This document shows, piece by piece, positions 46,560 to 54,156 of a stretch of DNA of 64,000 nucleotides. The stretch is taken from positions 1,481-65,480 of the forward strand of contig JBJMHA010000063.1 in NCBI GenBank assembly GCA_045807625.1, read 5' to 3'. The notes beneath the pieces were generated by a model. It worked only from the letters and a program-made list of their open reading frames with translations, had not been told where the DNA came from and made no database searches. The DNA is from Thermoanaerobaculia bacterium (GTDB lineage: Bacteria; Acidobacteriota; Thermoanaerobaculia; Multivoradales; UBA5704). How positions within the stretch are numbered: position 1 is the first letter of the stretch; each line of letters begins with the position of its first letter. The position numbers were made by a program, and so were the translations under genes.

Positions 46560-48011
46560 ATGAGTTTCCATCGGAAGATGACCTTGATGATCCTGGCGCT
46601 GCTGGCCTTCTCGGCGGCCGCCAACGCCACCCAACTCGGGCCGTTCATCGATCTCCAGGAGCAGGGGCTCTCGATGACCCACGACGGCCATGGGCTCTGG
46701 ACCTGGGGCGGCGGCCCGGTGAGCTTCAACGTCACCATCGGCGGCCCGGTGCGCTTCGCCCTGCTCTACTGGGCGGGCCGCGAGCGGCCGTGCACGCTCG
46801 ACGGCAGCGGCACCAACTGCCCGTTCACGCAGCCTTACAAGGACCAGGTGCTGAATTTCAACGGTGCTCCGATCACCGGCACCGTGATCGGCTCCGAGAC
46901 CCAGCCGACCAGCGGCGGCGGCCCGATCCTCAACGTGGGCTACTACGCCGACGTCACGGGCATCGTCTCCGCGGCGGGCACCGGGCCCCAGTCGTTCACG
47001 CTGACCGACGGTGACACGTCGAGCAATTTCTGGCGCTTCGACGGCGCCGCCCTGCTCGTTGCCTACAAGGACGGCACGAACCTCGACACCTACCGCATCC
47101 TCGTCCAGGACGGCCTGGACTTCGCCTACGGCGACGACCCCACCCCCGGTGACAACCGGGTGACCGCGCCGGTCACCTTCAACCATGGCGTCAACTTCTC
47201 GAACCGCACGGCCGACCTCCTTCTGTTCGCGGGAGACGGCGACGCCGACCGGCCGGACAACACCACGATCAGCAACAACCCGACGCTGTTCAACATCCTC
47301 AACTCGACGCAGGGACCGGAGTACAACACCGTCCTGACGCCGATCAGCATCCCCTCCGGCGCCGGCACCACCACGGTGCAGATGAACTCGGCGCCCGCCG
47401 GCCAGAACCCCGATTCGCTGCTCTGGGAGCTGGCCGCCCTGCGCGTCCAGCAGCTCGACATCGCCGGCGCGACCTGCCCGGCGCGGGTCATCGCCGGGCC
47501 GCCGACCCAGCTCCAGGTGACGGTCTCCGACGTCAACACCGGCATCCAGAGCATCGTGGTGACCCAGTCGGACAACGCCGACACGCCGGTGCCGCCGTTC
47601 ACCGTCGGCACCACCGACCCGGTGACCATCACCGCCACCAAGATCAACCAGTCGCAGCCCGCCCACGTCACCATCCAGGTGACCGACCTGGCCGGCAACA
47701 CCGTCACCTGCGACCCGGTGATCACGCTGATCCAGCGCAGCTCCAAGGAGGATCCGCAGCAGAACCGCCTCCGGGTGCCGGCTGAGGAGAGCAAGATCCA
47801 GATCATGAACGGCGAGCCGGGGCTCCGGACTTTCACCGCCCTGGTCAACGGCGTCACCTTCAAGGTGACCGGCCTGCGCAACAACGAGGTGCGTACCCTC
47901 GACGTCTCCTCGGCGATGCGCGCAGGCAACAAGAACATCGTCTACGTCAAGGGGCATGGCCCGCAGAACGCCTCGGCCACGGTGGTCCTCTCCGACGGCT
48001 CCGTCCAGTAG
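46560..48011 (+). CDS. Secreted Thr/Asn/Gly-rich protein of unknown function
   Basis: RBS aaaggagag. Signal peptide MSFHRKMTLMILALLAFSAAANA. No recognisable catalytic motifs. Confidence 0.65.
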   Translation: MSFHRKMTLMILALLAFSAAANATQLGPFIDLQEQGLSMTHDGHGLWTWGGGPVSFNVTIGGPVRFALLYWAGRERPCTLDGSGTNCPFTQPYKDQVLNFNGAPITGTVIGSETQPTSGGGPILNVGYYADVTGIVSAAGTGPQSFTLTDGDTSSNFWRFDGAALLVAYKDGTNLDTYRILVQDGLDFAYGDDPTPGDNRVTAPVTFNHGVNFSNRTADLLLFAGDGDADRPDNTTISNNPTLFNILNSTQGPEYNTVLTPISIPSGAGTTTVQMNSAPAGQNPDSLLWELAALRVQQLDIAGATCPARVIAGPPTQLQVTVSDVNTGIQSIVVTQSDNADTPVPPFTVGTTDPVTITATKINQSQPAHVTIQVTDLAGNTVTCDPVITLIQRSSKEDPQQNRLRVPAEESKIQIMNGEPGLRTFTALVNGVTFKVTGLRNNEVRTLDVSSAMRAGNKNIVYVKGHGPQNASATVVLSDGSVQ

Positions 48012-48102
48012 GCGGAAGACGACGGCACGAATCTTGAATTGAAGCCCGGCATACTCCCGGAGGATGTATGCCGGGCGCCTTTCCAACAAGGAGGATCGTT
48101 CC

Positions 48103-48180
48103 ATGGTCAAGAAGGCGTACAGAAGGCCGTCCCTACGGCGTCTGGGCCTGCTGCGGCGGGTCACCCGGTTCAGCTTTTAG
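48103..48180 (+). CDS. 25-aa basic peptide with lasso-peptide leader motif (leader-only / decayed precursor)
   Basis: MVKKAYRRPSLRRLGLLRRVTRFSF* with a strong RBS (aaggagga 8 nt upstream). Y6, P9, L11, G15 and T21 fit the YxxPxLxxxGxxxxxT leader consensus with Thr at -2, leaving only FSF as core. Lies immediately upstream of the PqqD/B2 genes. Confidence 0.5.
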   Translation: MVKKAYRRPSLRRLGLLRRVTRFSF

Positions 48181-48272
48181 CCACGGCTCCGGACTGTCTT
48201 TCGCCGGTGAGGTCTACCGGACCTCTCCGGCTTCTCTTTGCCTGGCGGGCTTTCGCGGCCCCGGAGGGATCG

Positions 48273-48554
48273 ATGATCGACGCGCAGAGCCGCCCCCGCC
48301 ACCGGGAGCGGGTGCTGACCCAGACGGCGGCCGGGACGCTGGTCCTGCTCGACCTCGACGGCGGGCAGTACTACTCCCTCGACGAGGTGAGCGCCCGCGT
48401 CTGGGAGCTGTGCGACGGCGAGCACGGCGTGGAGGGGATCGTGGAGGCGATCAGCGCCGAGTACGACGCCCCGGCGGAGACGATCTACGAGGACGTCCTG
48501 GCGTTCCTCGAGGAGATGCTGGATGAGAAGCTCCTGGTCGTCGAGGGCGCGTGA
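48273..48554 (+). CDS. PqqD family protein (lasso B1-like RRE), copy 2
   Basis: MIDAQSRPRHRERVLTQTAAGTLVLLDLDGGQYYSLDEVSARVWELCDGEHGVEGIVEAISAEYDAP. RBS ggaggg. Confidence 0.75.
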   Translation: MIDAQSRPRHRERVLTQTAAGTLVLLDLDGGQYYSLDEVSARVWELCDGEHGVEGIVEAISAEYDAPAETIYEDVLAFLEEMLDEKLLVVEGA

Positions 48555-48960
48555 GCCCCTCCCGGAGACCCTCCTCCCCGTCCGCGTGATTCTTTTCGCG
48601 GCGCTGGTGCCGCTGCTCCTGCGGCTCTGCAGGCTCCCCCGCCTGCGGGCCTGGGTCGAGCCCCGGCGGCGGTCCCCCGCGCCGCCCGGCCCTGAGGAGA
48701 TCGAGGCGCTGACCCAGCGGATCGACGAGCTCCTGATCGCCGGCCGGCCGGCGGTCCGCACCGGCTGTATGGTCCGCGGCCTCACCCTCTACCGCTTCCT
48801 CCGCCGGGCGGGCGCGGACGTCTCCCTCCGCTTCGGCGTCGGCACCATCCGCGGCAACTTCGCCGCCCACTGCTGGATCGTCTACCAGGGCGAGCCCCTG
48901 GCCGAGACGCACGACCCCCGCCCCCTGTTCACCGAGACCTGGAGGATCGAGCCCGCGTGA
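48523..48960 (+). CDS. Transglutaminase-like cysteine protease, lasso B2-type (PF13471-like)
   Basis: C...H...D triad context CMVRGLTLYRFLRRAGADVSLRFGV...GNFAAHCWIVYQGEPL resembles the McjB C-terminal domain. Overlaps the PqqD gene end (alternative GTG start at 48586). Confidence 0.7.
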   Translation: MRSSWSSRAREPLPETLLPVRVILFAALVPLLLRLCRLPRLRAWVEPRRRSPAPPGPEEIEALTQRIDELLIAGRPAVRTGCMVRGLTLYRFLRRAGADVSLRFGVGTIRGNFAAHCWIVYQGEPLAETHDPRPLFTETWRIEPA

Positions 48961-49925
48961 GCGATCGCGCCTACCTTCTGCACGGAGTACGGCTCGGCGT
49001 GCTGGCCACGGGCGAGGGGGAGAAGGCCGCCGCGGGGGTCCACGCGCGGCTGGCCGGCCTGCCGCTCGACGGCGGCCCCCCCTGGGACGTCACCTTCGAG
49101 ATCCAGGCCGCCGGGAGCCACGCCTTCGAGCGCCCGGAGGCGGCGCGGCCGGTCTACGATCCGCCGCTCGGCGAGGTGGTCTACGACGACGCGGCCGACC
49201 GGCTCTTCATCGGCTACGGCCCCCGCCTGCGGGTGCTCTGCGAGCCCGGCCGCGGCCGAGCCCGGGCCTCGGCGGCGGGGATGGCGGAGGAGGACCTGTG
49301 GTCTCTCTCCCACCCCCTGTTCACCCTGCCGCTGGTGGAGCTGCTGAAGCGCCGCGGCCTCTACGGCCTCCACGCCGGGGGCGTCTGCCGGGGCGGCCGC
49401 GCCCTGCTCCTGCCCGGCACCAGCGGCTCGGGGAAGTCGACCCTCACCCTGGCGCTGGCGCGGGCGGGCTTCGATCTGCTGGGCGACGATACCCTCTTCC
49501 TCGCCCGCCGGCCCGGAGAGGCGCCGCGGGTCCTCGCCTTCCCGGATGAATTCGACCTCACCGGCCAGACCGTCTCGTTCTTTCCCGAGCTCGCCCCCCT
49601 GCTCGGCGGGCCGGCCCCGGCGGGGTGGCGCAAGCGGCAGGTGCGGGCCGAGCGGGCCTACGGGGCGCCGGTGGCCTGGGAGTGCGCTCCGGCGGTGCTG
49701 GTCTTCCCCCGGGTGGCCGGCGTCCCAGAGAGCGAGCTGACCCCCCTGAGCGCCGGGGAGGCGCTGCTGGAGCTCGTCCCCAACGTGCTGCTGACCGAGC
49801 CCCGCTCCTCCCAGGCCCACCTGGACGCCCTGGCCGAGCTGGTGGCGGCGAGCGAATGCTTCCGCCTGGCCACCGGGACCGACCTGGAAGCGGCGGCGCG
49901 GCTGGTGGGAGGGCTGCTGCCGTGA
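48957..49925 (+). CDS. HprK-related serine kinase, type B
   Basis: P-loop LLLPGTSGSGKSTLTLAL. GTG start overlapping the B2 stop. Paralogous to the 43387 gene. Confidence 0.75.
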   Translation: MSDRAYLLHGVRLGVLATGEGEKAAAGVHARLAGLPLDGGPPWDVTFEIQAAGSHAFERPEAARPVYDPPLGEVVYDDAADRLFIGYGPRLRVLCEPGRGRARASAAGMAEEDLWSLSHPLFTLPLVELLKRRGLYGLHAGGVCRGGRALLLPGTSGSGKSTLTLALARAGFDLLGDDTLFLARRPGEAPRVLAFPDEFDLTGQTVSFFPELAPLLGGPAPAGWRKRQVRAERAYGAPVAWECAPAVLVFPRVAGVPESELTPLSAGEALLELVPNVLLTEPRSSQAHLDALAELVAASECFRLATGTDLEAAARLVGGLLP

Positions 49926-50968
49926 CCCGCGAGGACCGCCTCCTCTGCCTCTGCGCCCGGCAGGAATTCCTCACCGGACACCGCCGGGCGGTGGAGGAGC
50001 TCTGCCGCGGCGCCGCCGTGCGCTGGAGCCGCCTGGCCGCGGCGGCGGAGCGGCACGGGGTGCTCCCCATCGTGGGGGCCAACCTCCGGACGTGCGACGC
50101 CGGCCTGCCGGAGGATCTCGCCGTCCGCTGCGAGCTCGCCGTCCTCGAGAACGCGGCCGTCCGCGAGCGGGACGCCGACCGCCTGGCCGACGGGCTCGCC
50201 CGTTTGCGCGAGGTCGAGCTGGAGGCGATGCTGCTCAAGGGGACGGCTCTCGCGCTCTCCGTCTACACCGAGCCCTGGGTGGTGACCTCGCAGGACATCG
50301 ACCTCGTCCTCCGCCCCACCGGGCCGGGGTGGGCGAAGGGGAAGGGGAGGGAGAAGGAGGTCCGCCGCGCCCTCTATACGAACGGCGTCGAGTGCGACCT
50401 CGAGACCCACCACGACGTCACCATGAACGGCGTGCTGCCGGTCGACTTCGCGCGCATCTGGCGCGAGGCGCGGCCGGTGGGCTTCCGCGGCGTGCCCGCC
50501 TGGAGGATGTCCCCCGAGGACCTGCTGATCTCCCTCTGCGTCAACTGCTGCCGCAAGCGCTTCCGCCTCAAGGGGGTGTTCGACGTCGCCGAGACGCTGC
50601 GCCGCGGGGAGCCCCTCGACCAGGGGCGGCTGGGTGTCCTGGCCCGCGAGGGGCGGTGCGAGGGGATCGTCTACGCGGCCCTGGTGGTGGCTCGGGGAGC
50701 GCTCGACGCCGGGCTGCCGGCGGGGTTCCTGGAGCCTCTGGGGGTCTCGCCGGTCCGGGCGGCCCTGCTGCGGTCCCTGGCCGCGGCCTTCCTGGGCGCC
50801 GCCCCCTTCACCGGCCGCTCCGGCCGTCCGCTGGCCCTGGCCCTCGCCTACGCGAGCCTCCGGCCGGCCGAGGCCTGGAGGTCCGTCCGCTACAGCCTGA
50901 CCCATCCGGACAAGCACAAGGGGGAGGACCCGCAGGCTCCGGCGCAGGCGGCGGTCGCGGGTTCGTAG
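49922..50968 (+). CDS. Nucleotidyltransferase family protein (PF14907-like), copy 2
   Basis: MLLKGTALALSVYTEPWVVTSQDIDLVL motif. GTG start overlapping the kinase stop. Confidence 0.7.
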   Translation: MTREDRLLCLCARQEFLTGHRRAVEELCRGAAVRWSRLAAAAERHGVLPIVGANLRTCDAGLPEDLAVRCELAVLENAAVRERDADRLADGLARLREVELEAMLLKGTALALSVYTEPWVVTSQDIDLVLRPTGPGWAKGKGREKEVRRALYTNGVECDLETHHDVTMNGVLPVDFARIWREARPVGFRGVPAWRMSPEDLLISLCVNCCRKRFRLKGVFDVAETLRRGEPLDQGRLGVLAREGRCEGIVYAALVVARGALDAGLPAGFLEPLGVSPVRAALLRSLAAAFLGAAPFTGRSGRPLALALAYASLRPAEAWRSVRYSLTHPDKHKGEDPQAPAQAAVAGS

Positions 50969-51004
50969 GCGATCGCGCAACCCTCGAGCGGGCAAGGCCG
51001 TACA

Positions 51005-52495
51005 ATGAGAGCCATGGCGCGCCACGACGCCCTCATCGCCGAGAAGCGGCGGATCCTCCAGCTCGAGACCCTCTACGACCTGGCGATCGCCCTCCACGCG
51101 CAGGGTCCGGAGCAGGAGCTGGTCGACGAGCTGCTGCAAAGGGTCTGCGCCGTGCTCGATCCGGCGGCGGCCGTGGCGGTCACCCGCGACGCCTATGGCG
51201 GGGCCCGCGGGGTCGCCTCGGTCGGCTGGCTGGACGACCTGCCCACGGGGGACGCCCTGCTGGCGGCCCCGATCTGGCGGGAGCTGCTGACCGAGGGGCA
51301 CACGCTTGTCCGCGCGGGCGGCGAGCTGGCCGGCCGCCCCTACGAGCAGCTCCTCGCCGCCCCCCTCTCCTACCGCGGCGTCTTCCTGGGCTACGTCGCC
51401 GTGCTCGACAAGGAGGTGCGGGGTGACTCGGACCACTCCTTCACCCCCGACGACCGGCGCTTCCTCGACTCGGTGACCGCCCTCGCCGGCGCCGCCCTCG
51501 ACGCCGCCCGCCAAGTCGAGCGCCTGGAGACCCAGCGCGAACGGCTGGAGGAGGAGAACAAGGCCCTCAAGGGGCGGCTCGCCCAGGAGGTCGCGGGGCG
51601 GCGGATCGTGGCCCTGGCGCCGCCGATGCGCCGCGTGCTGGACGTCATCGAGCGGGTGGCGCCGCGCGGCGTCAGCGTCCTGGTGCGGGGGGAGAGCGGC
51701 ACGGGCAAGGAGCTGGTGGCGAAGCTCCTCCACCACCTCTCCGGCCGCGGGGGGGCGCTGATCGCCGTCAACTGCGCGGCCCTCCCCGAGTCGCTGCTGG
51801 AGAGCGAGCTCTTCGGCATCGAGGGCGGAGTCGCCACCGGCGTCCAGGCGCGGCCGGGAAAGTTCGAGCTGGCCGACCGCGGCACCCTCTTCCTCGACGA
51901 GATCGGCGACATGCAGACCTCCCTCCAGGTGCGGCTCCTGCGGGCCCTCCAGGAGCGCGAGGTCACCCGCGTCGGCGGCCGGCGGCCGATCCCCGTGGAC
52001 GTGCGGCTGGTCGCCGCGACCCACCAGGACCTGGAGGCGCTGATCGGCGACGGCCGCTTCCGCGAGGACCTCTACTACCGCCTCAAGGGGGTGGAGATCG
52101 AGCTCCCCCCGCTGCGCGAGCGCAAGCAGGACGTCCCCCACCTGGTGCGCGCCTTCGTCGAGGAGTTCTGCCGCCGGGAGGGGATCCCGGTCCCGGCGTT
52201 CCGCTCGGAGGCGCTCGCCCTGCTGCTCGCCTACGACTTCCCGGGCAACGTCCGCGAGCTGCAGAACGTGGTCGAGGGGGCCGTCTCCCTGGCCGACGGC
52301 GAGATCGGCGCCGAGCTGATCCGCTCCCTGCTCGCCGCGCCCCCCGCCCAGCAGACCGCCCCCGAGGCGCTCGACCTCGTCACCCTGGAGCGCCGCCATA
52401 TCGCCCGCGTCCTCAAGCTGACCAACGGCAACAAGAGCGAGGCGGCGAAGATTCTCGGGCTCGACCGCAAGACGTTGCAGCGGAAGGGATACTGA
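51005..52495 (+). CDS. Sigma-54-dependent transcriptional activator (GAF - AAA+ sigma-54 interaction - Fis-type HTH)
   Basis: Walker [15 protein letters not shown] motif, [16 protein letters not shown], and a C-terminal [18 protein letters not shown]. Confidence 0.85.
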   Translation: MRAMARHDALIAEKRRILQLETLYDLAIALHAQGPEQELVDELLQRVCAVLDPAAAVAVTRDAYGGARGVASVGWLDDLPTGDALLAAPIWRELLTEGHTLVRAGGELAGRPYEQLLAAPLSYRGVFLGYVAVLDKEVRGDSDHSFTPDDRRFLDSVTALAGAALDAARQVERLETQRERLEEENKALKGRLAQEVAGRRIVALAPPMRRVLDVIERVAPRGVSVLVRGESGTGKELVAKLLHHLSGRGGALIAVNCAALPESLLESELFGIEGGVATGVQARPGKFELADRGTLFLDEIGDMQTSLQVRLLRALQEREVTRVGGRRPIPVDVRLVAATHQDLEALIGDGRFREDLYYRLKGVEIELPPLRERKQDVPHLVRAFVEEFCRREGIPVPAFRSEALALLLAYDFPGNVRELQNVVEGAVSLADGEIGAELIRSLLAAPPAQQTAPEALDLVTLERRHIARVLKLTNGNKSEAAKILGLDRKTLQRKGY

Positions 52496-52536
52496 GACCG
52501 GAGTCGCCGAGCAGGCGCGCTTATTGCACAAATTCG

Positions 52537-52875
52537 ATGGGTTGGGTCGTGACGGAGGGACGCATGGACGAGTCTCCCAAGCCGCCGGACGCTGCTTCTC
52601 TGGTGGCCGAGCTTCAGCAGGCTCTCGACGGGTCCGCTCGCTGCATCGAGCTGGCGAAACGGGAGACCGCTCGGATCGAAGCCTCCTTGCTGACGCAAGC
52701 GTTGGGAGAGGCACAGGGCGAGCAGGAATTGTTGGATAATGCAAGAAAGCGGCGAGAACAGCTTCGATTGCTAGATCCTCAGGAGCTGGCGCCGGCACCA
52801 GGCTTGGGCGAGGTCTCCCTGCTGAGCTCTGAGGAGGTGGAGGCAGCCGATTCCGCGATTGCCATTCTGGTCTGA
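52537..52875 (+). CDS. Hypothetical acidic helical protein
   Basis: ORF in a lower-GC stretch with no recognisable motif. It could be non-coding. Confidence 0.35.
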   Translation: MGWVVTEGRMDESPKPPDAASLVAELQQALDGSARCIELAKRETARIEASLLTQALGEAQGEQELLDNARKRREQLRLLDPQELAPAPGLGEVSLLSSEEVEAADSAIAILV

Positions 52876-52904
52876 GATCTTGCCTCTCCGAGCGTGCGCG
52901 TCAA

Positions 52905-53035
52905 TTTGTCCCGTCCGCGACACTTTGTCCCAAACCGACCGCAAACCGCGACAAGCTGGGCATTCCGCCTCATCCCCCTCGGGCGAGGCGTCCCAAGGCG
53001 GGGCAAAATGTCGCGGAACCCTCCGCGACATTCTG
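52905..53035. promoter_or_regulatory. Candidate enhancer (UAS) for a sigma-54 activator: repeated (t/a)ccgcgaca half-sites including a perfect 10-bp-arm palindrome
   Basis: Half-sites tccgcgaca (52914), accgcgaca (52945) and atgtcgcgga-accc-tccgcgacat (53008-53031). They lie about 85-210 bp upstream of the -24/-12 element. Confidence 0.4.
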
Positions 53036-53115
53036 GGCGGCGGTTCCGGGGGCCGGATTGTTAACTCCTTGTAAACAAATGGTTTGAGATGTCAGGAAGC
53101 TCGCCGTCCGGGGTC

Positions 53116-53131
53116 TGGCAACGCCCTTGCG
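53116..53131 (+). promoter_or_regulatory. Sigma-54 promoter (-24 TGGCA / -12 TTGC)
   Basis: tGGcaacgcccttGCg with GG at 53117-18 and GC at 53129-30 (12-nt spacing). It sits about 28 nt upstream of the small-ORF start. Confidence 0.55.
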
Positions 53132-53159
53132 ATAGGGGAGGGCGATGAGGAGGAACGTC

Positions 53160-53315
53160 ATGCTAGACTCCGTTCGGAAGCACGTAGCCGTCCCTGAGAT
53201 TCCGGTCAAGGCCTTGCTCTCGGTGGGCTCCTTGGCCAGTTTCGGCTGGCTGCTGTCTCACGACTTGATCCATCCCATCGTGATCTACGCTCTGCAGCTC
53301 TACCTCTCTCTTTGA
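53160..53315 (+). CDS. Small hydrophobic membrane protein (51 aa) leading the partner-switching operon
   Basis: RBS gaggagga 5 nt upstream. MLDSVRKHVAVPEIPVKALLSVGSLASFGWLLSHDLIHPIVIYALQLYLSL. Below the track cutoff. Confidence 0.5.
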   Translation: MLDSVRKHVAVPEIPVKALLSVGSLASFGWLLSHDLIHPIVIYALQLYLSL

Positions 53316-53337
53316 TCTGCTCAGGGCCGGAACGGAC

Positions 53338-53772
53338 ATGCCTGAAGGCGTTTTGAGAGCCGTCGAGCTGGCGCTGCCGATGGTCCCCGAGATGGAGATC
53401 GAGGCGAGCAGGACCGCGACCGCGATCGCCGAGTGGATCGGGATGAGCCCCGACCGCATCGACGAGGTCAGGATGGCGGTGGTGGAGGCCTGCATCAACG
53501 CCTTGGAGCACAGCCACGCCTCCGACCGCGAGGTCTACGTGACGTTCCAGGTCCTGGGGGAAGGGGGGGACCCGGAGAAGCTGCGCATCATGGTCCGCGA
53601 CACCGGGATCGGTTTCTCCCCGAATGTCGTCGAGGAGCCCACGATCGAGGGTAAGATCAAGGCGGTGCGCAAGCGCGGCTGGGGTCTCAAGATCATCCGC
53701 GGGCTCATGGACGAGGTGGAGATCCTCTCCGGCGCCGACGGCACGACTGTCGTAATGAGTAAGATGCGATGA
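53338..53772 (+). CDS. Anti-sigma factor / serine-protein kinase (RsbW/SpoIIAB-like, HATPase_c)
   Basis: N-box VEACINALEHSH, G-boxes DTGIGF and GWGLKIIRGLMDEV. Confidence 0.8.
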   Translation: MPEGVLRAVELALPMVPEMEIEASRTATAIAEWIGMSPDRIDEVRMAVVEACINALEHSHASDREVYVTFQVLGEGGDPEKLRIMVRDTGIGFSPNVVEEPTIEGKIKAVRKRGWGLKIIRGLMDEVEILSGADGTTVVMSKMR

Positions 53773-53785
53773 AAGCGGGGGCGAG

Positions 53786-54136
53786 ATGACCGAGAGCCTC
53801 AACATCACCGTGGATCGACGCGAAGGGCTGGCGGTGATCTATACGGAGGGGTATATCAACAACCAGGGGGGCGAGGAGATCGCCAAATCGGCCTACAAGC
53901 TCCTCGACGAAGGCTACAAGACCCTCCTCCTCAACCTGGCGGGGACGAAGATCGTCAACTCGATCGGCATCTCCATCCTCATCGAGATCATCGAGAAGAT
54001 GATCGAGATCGAGGGCAAGCTGGGATTCTGCTGCTTGACTCCGACCATCGAAAAGACCTTCCATATCATGGGCCTCGCGCAGTACGCTCCCATCTATCCG
54101 GATGAGGCGACCGCGGTGGCGCAGATGCGGTCCTGA
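53786..54136 (+). CDS. Anti-sigma factor antagonist (STAS domain, RsbV/SpoIIAA-like)
   Basis: 116 aa. LLLNLAGTKIVNSIGISILIEI carries the conserved phospho-Ser region. Confidence 0.85.
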   Translation: MTESLNITVDRREGLAVIYTEGYINNQGGEEIAKSAYKLLDEGYKTLLLNLAGTKIVNSIGISILIEIIEKMIEIEGKLGFCCLTPTIEKTFHIMGLAQYAPIYPDEATAVAQMRS

Positions 54137-54156
54137 CTTTTCAGTAGGAGACATCC

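Noticed and set aside
38559-50968. Calling the region a canonical lasso peptide biosynthetic gene cluster
   Set aside because: There is no asparagine-synthetase-like cyclase (C protein) and no precursor with a plausible core in the window. It is reported instead as a lasso-like but non-canonical system.
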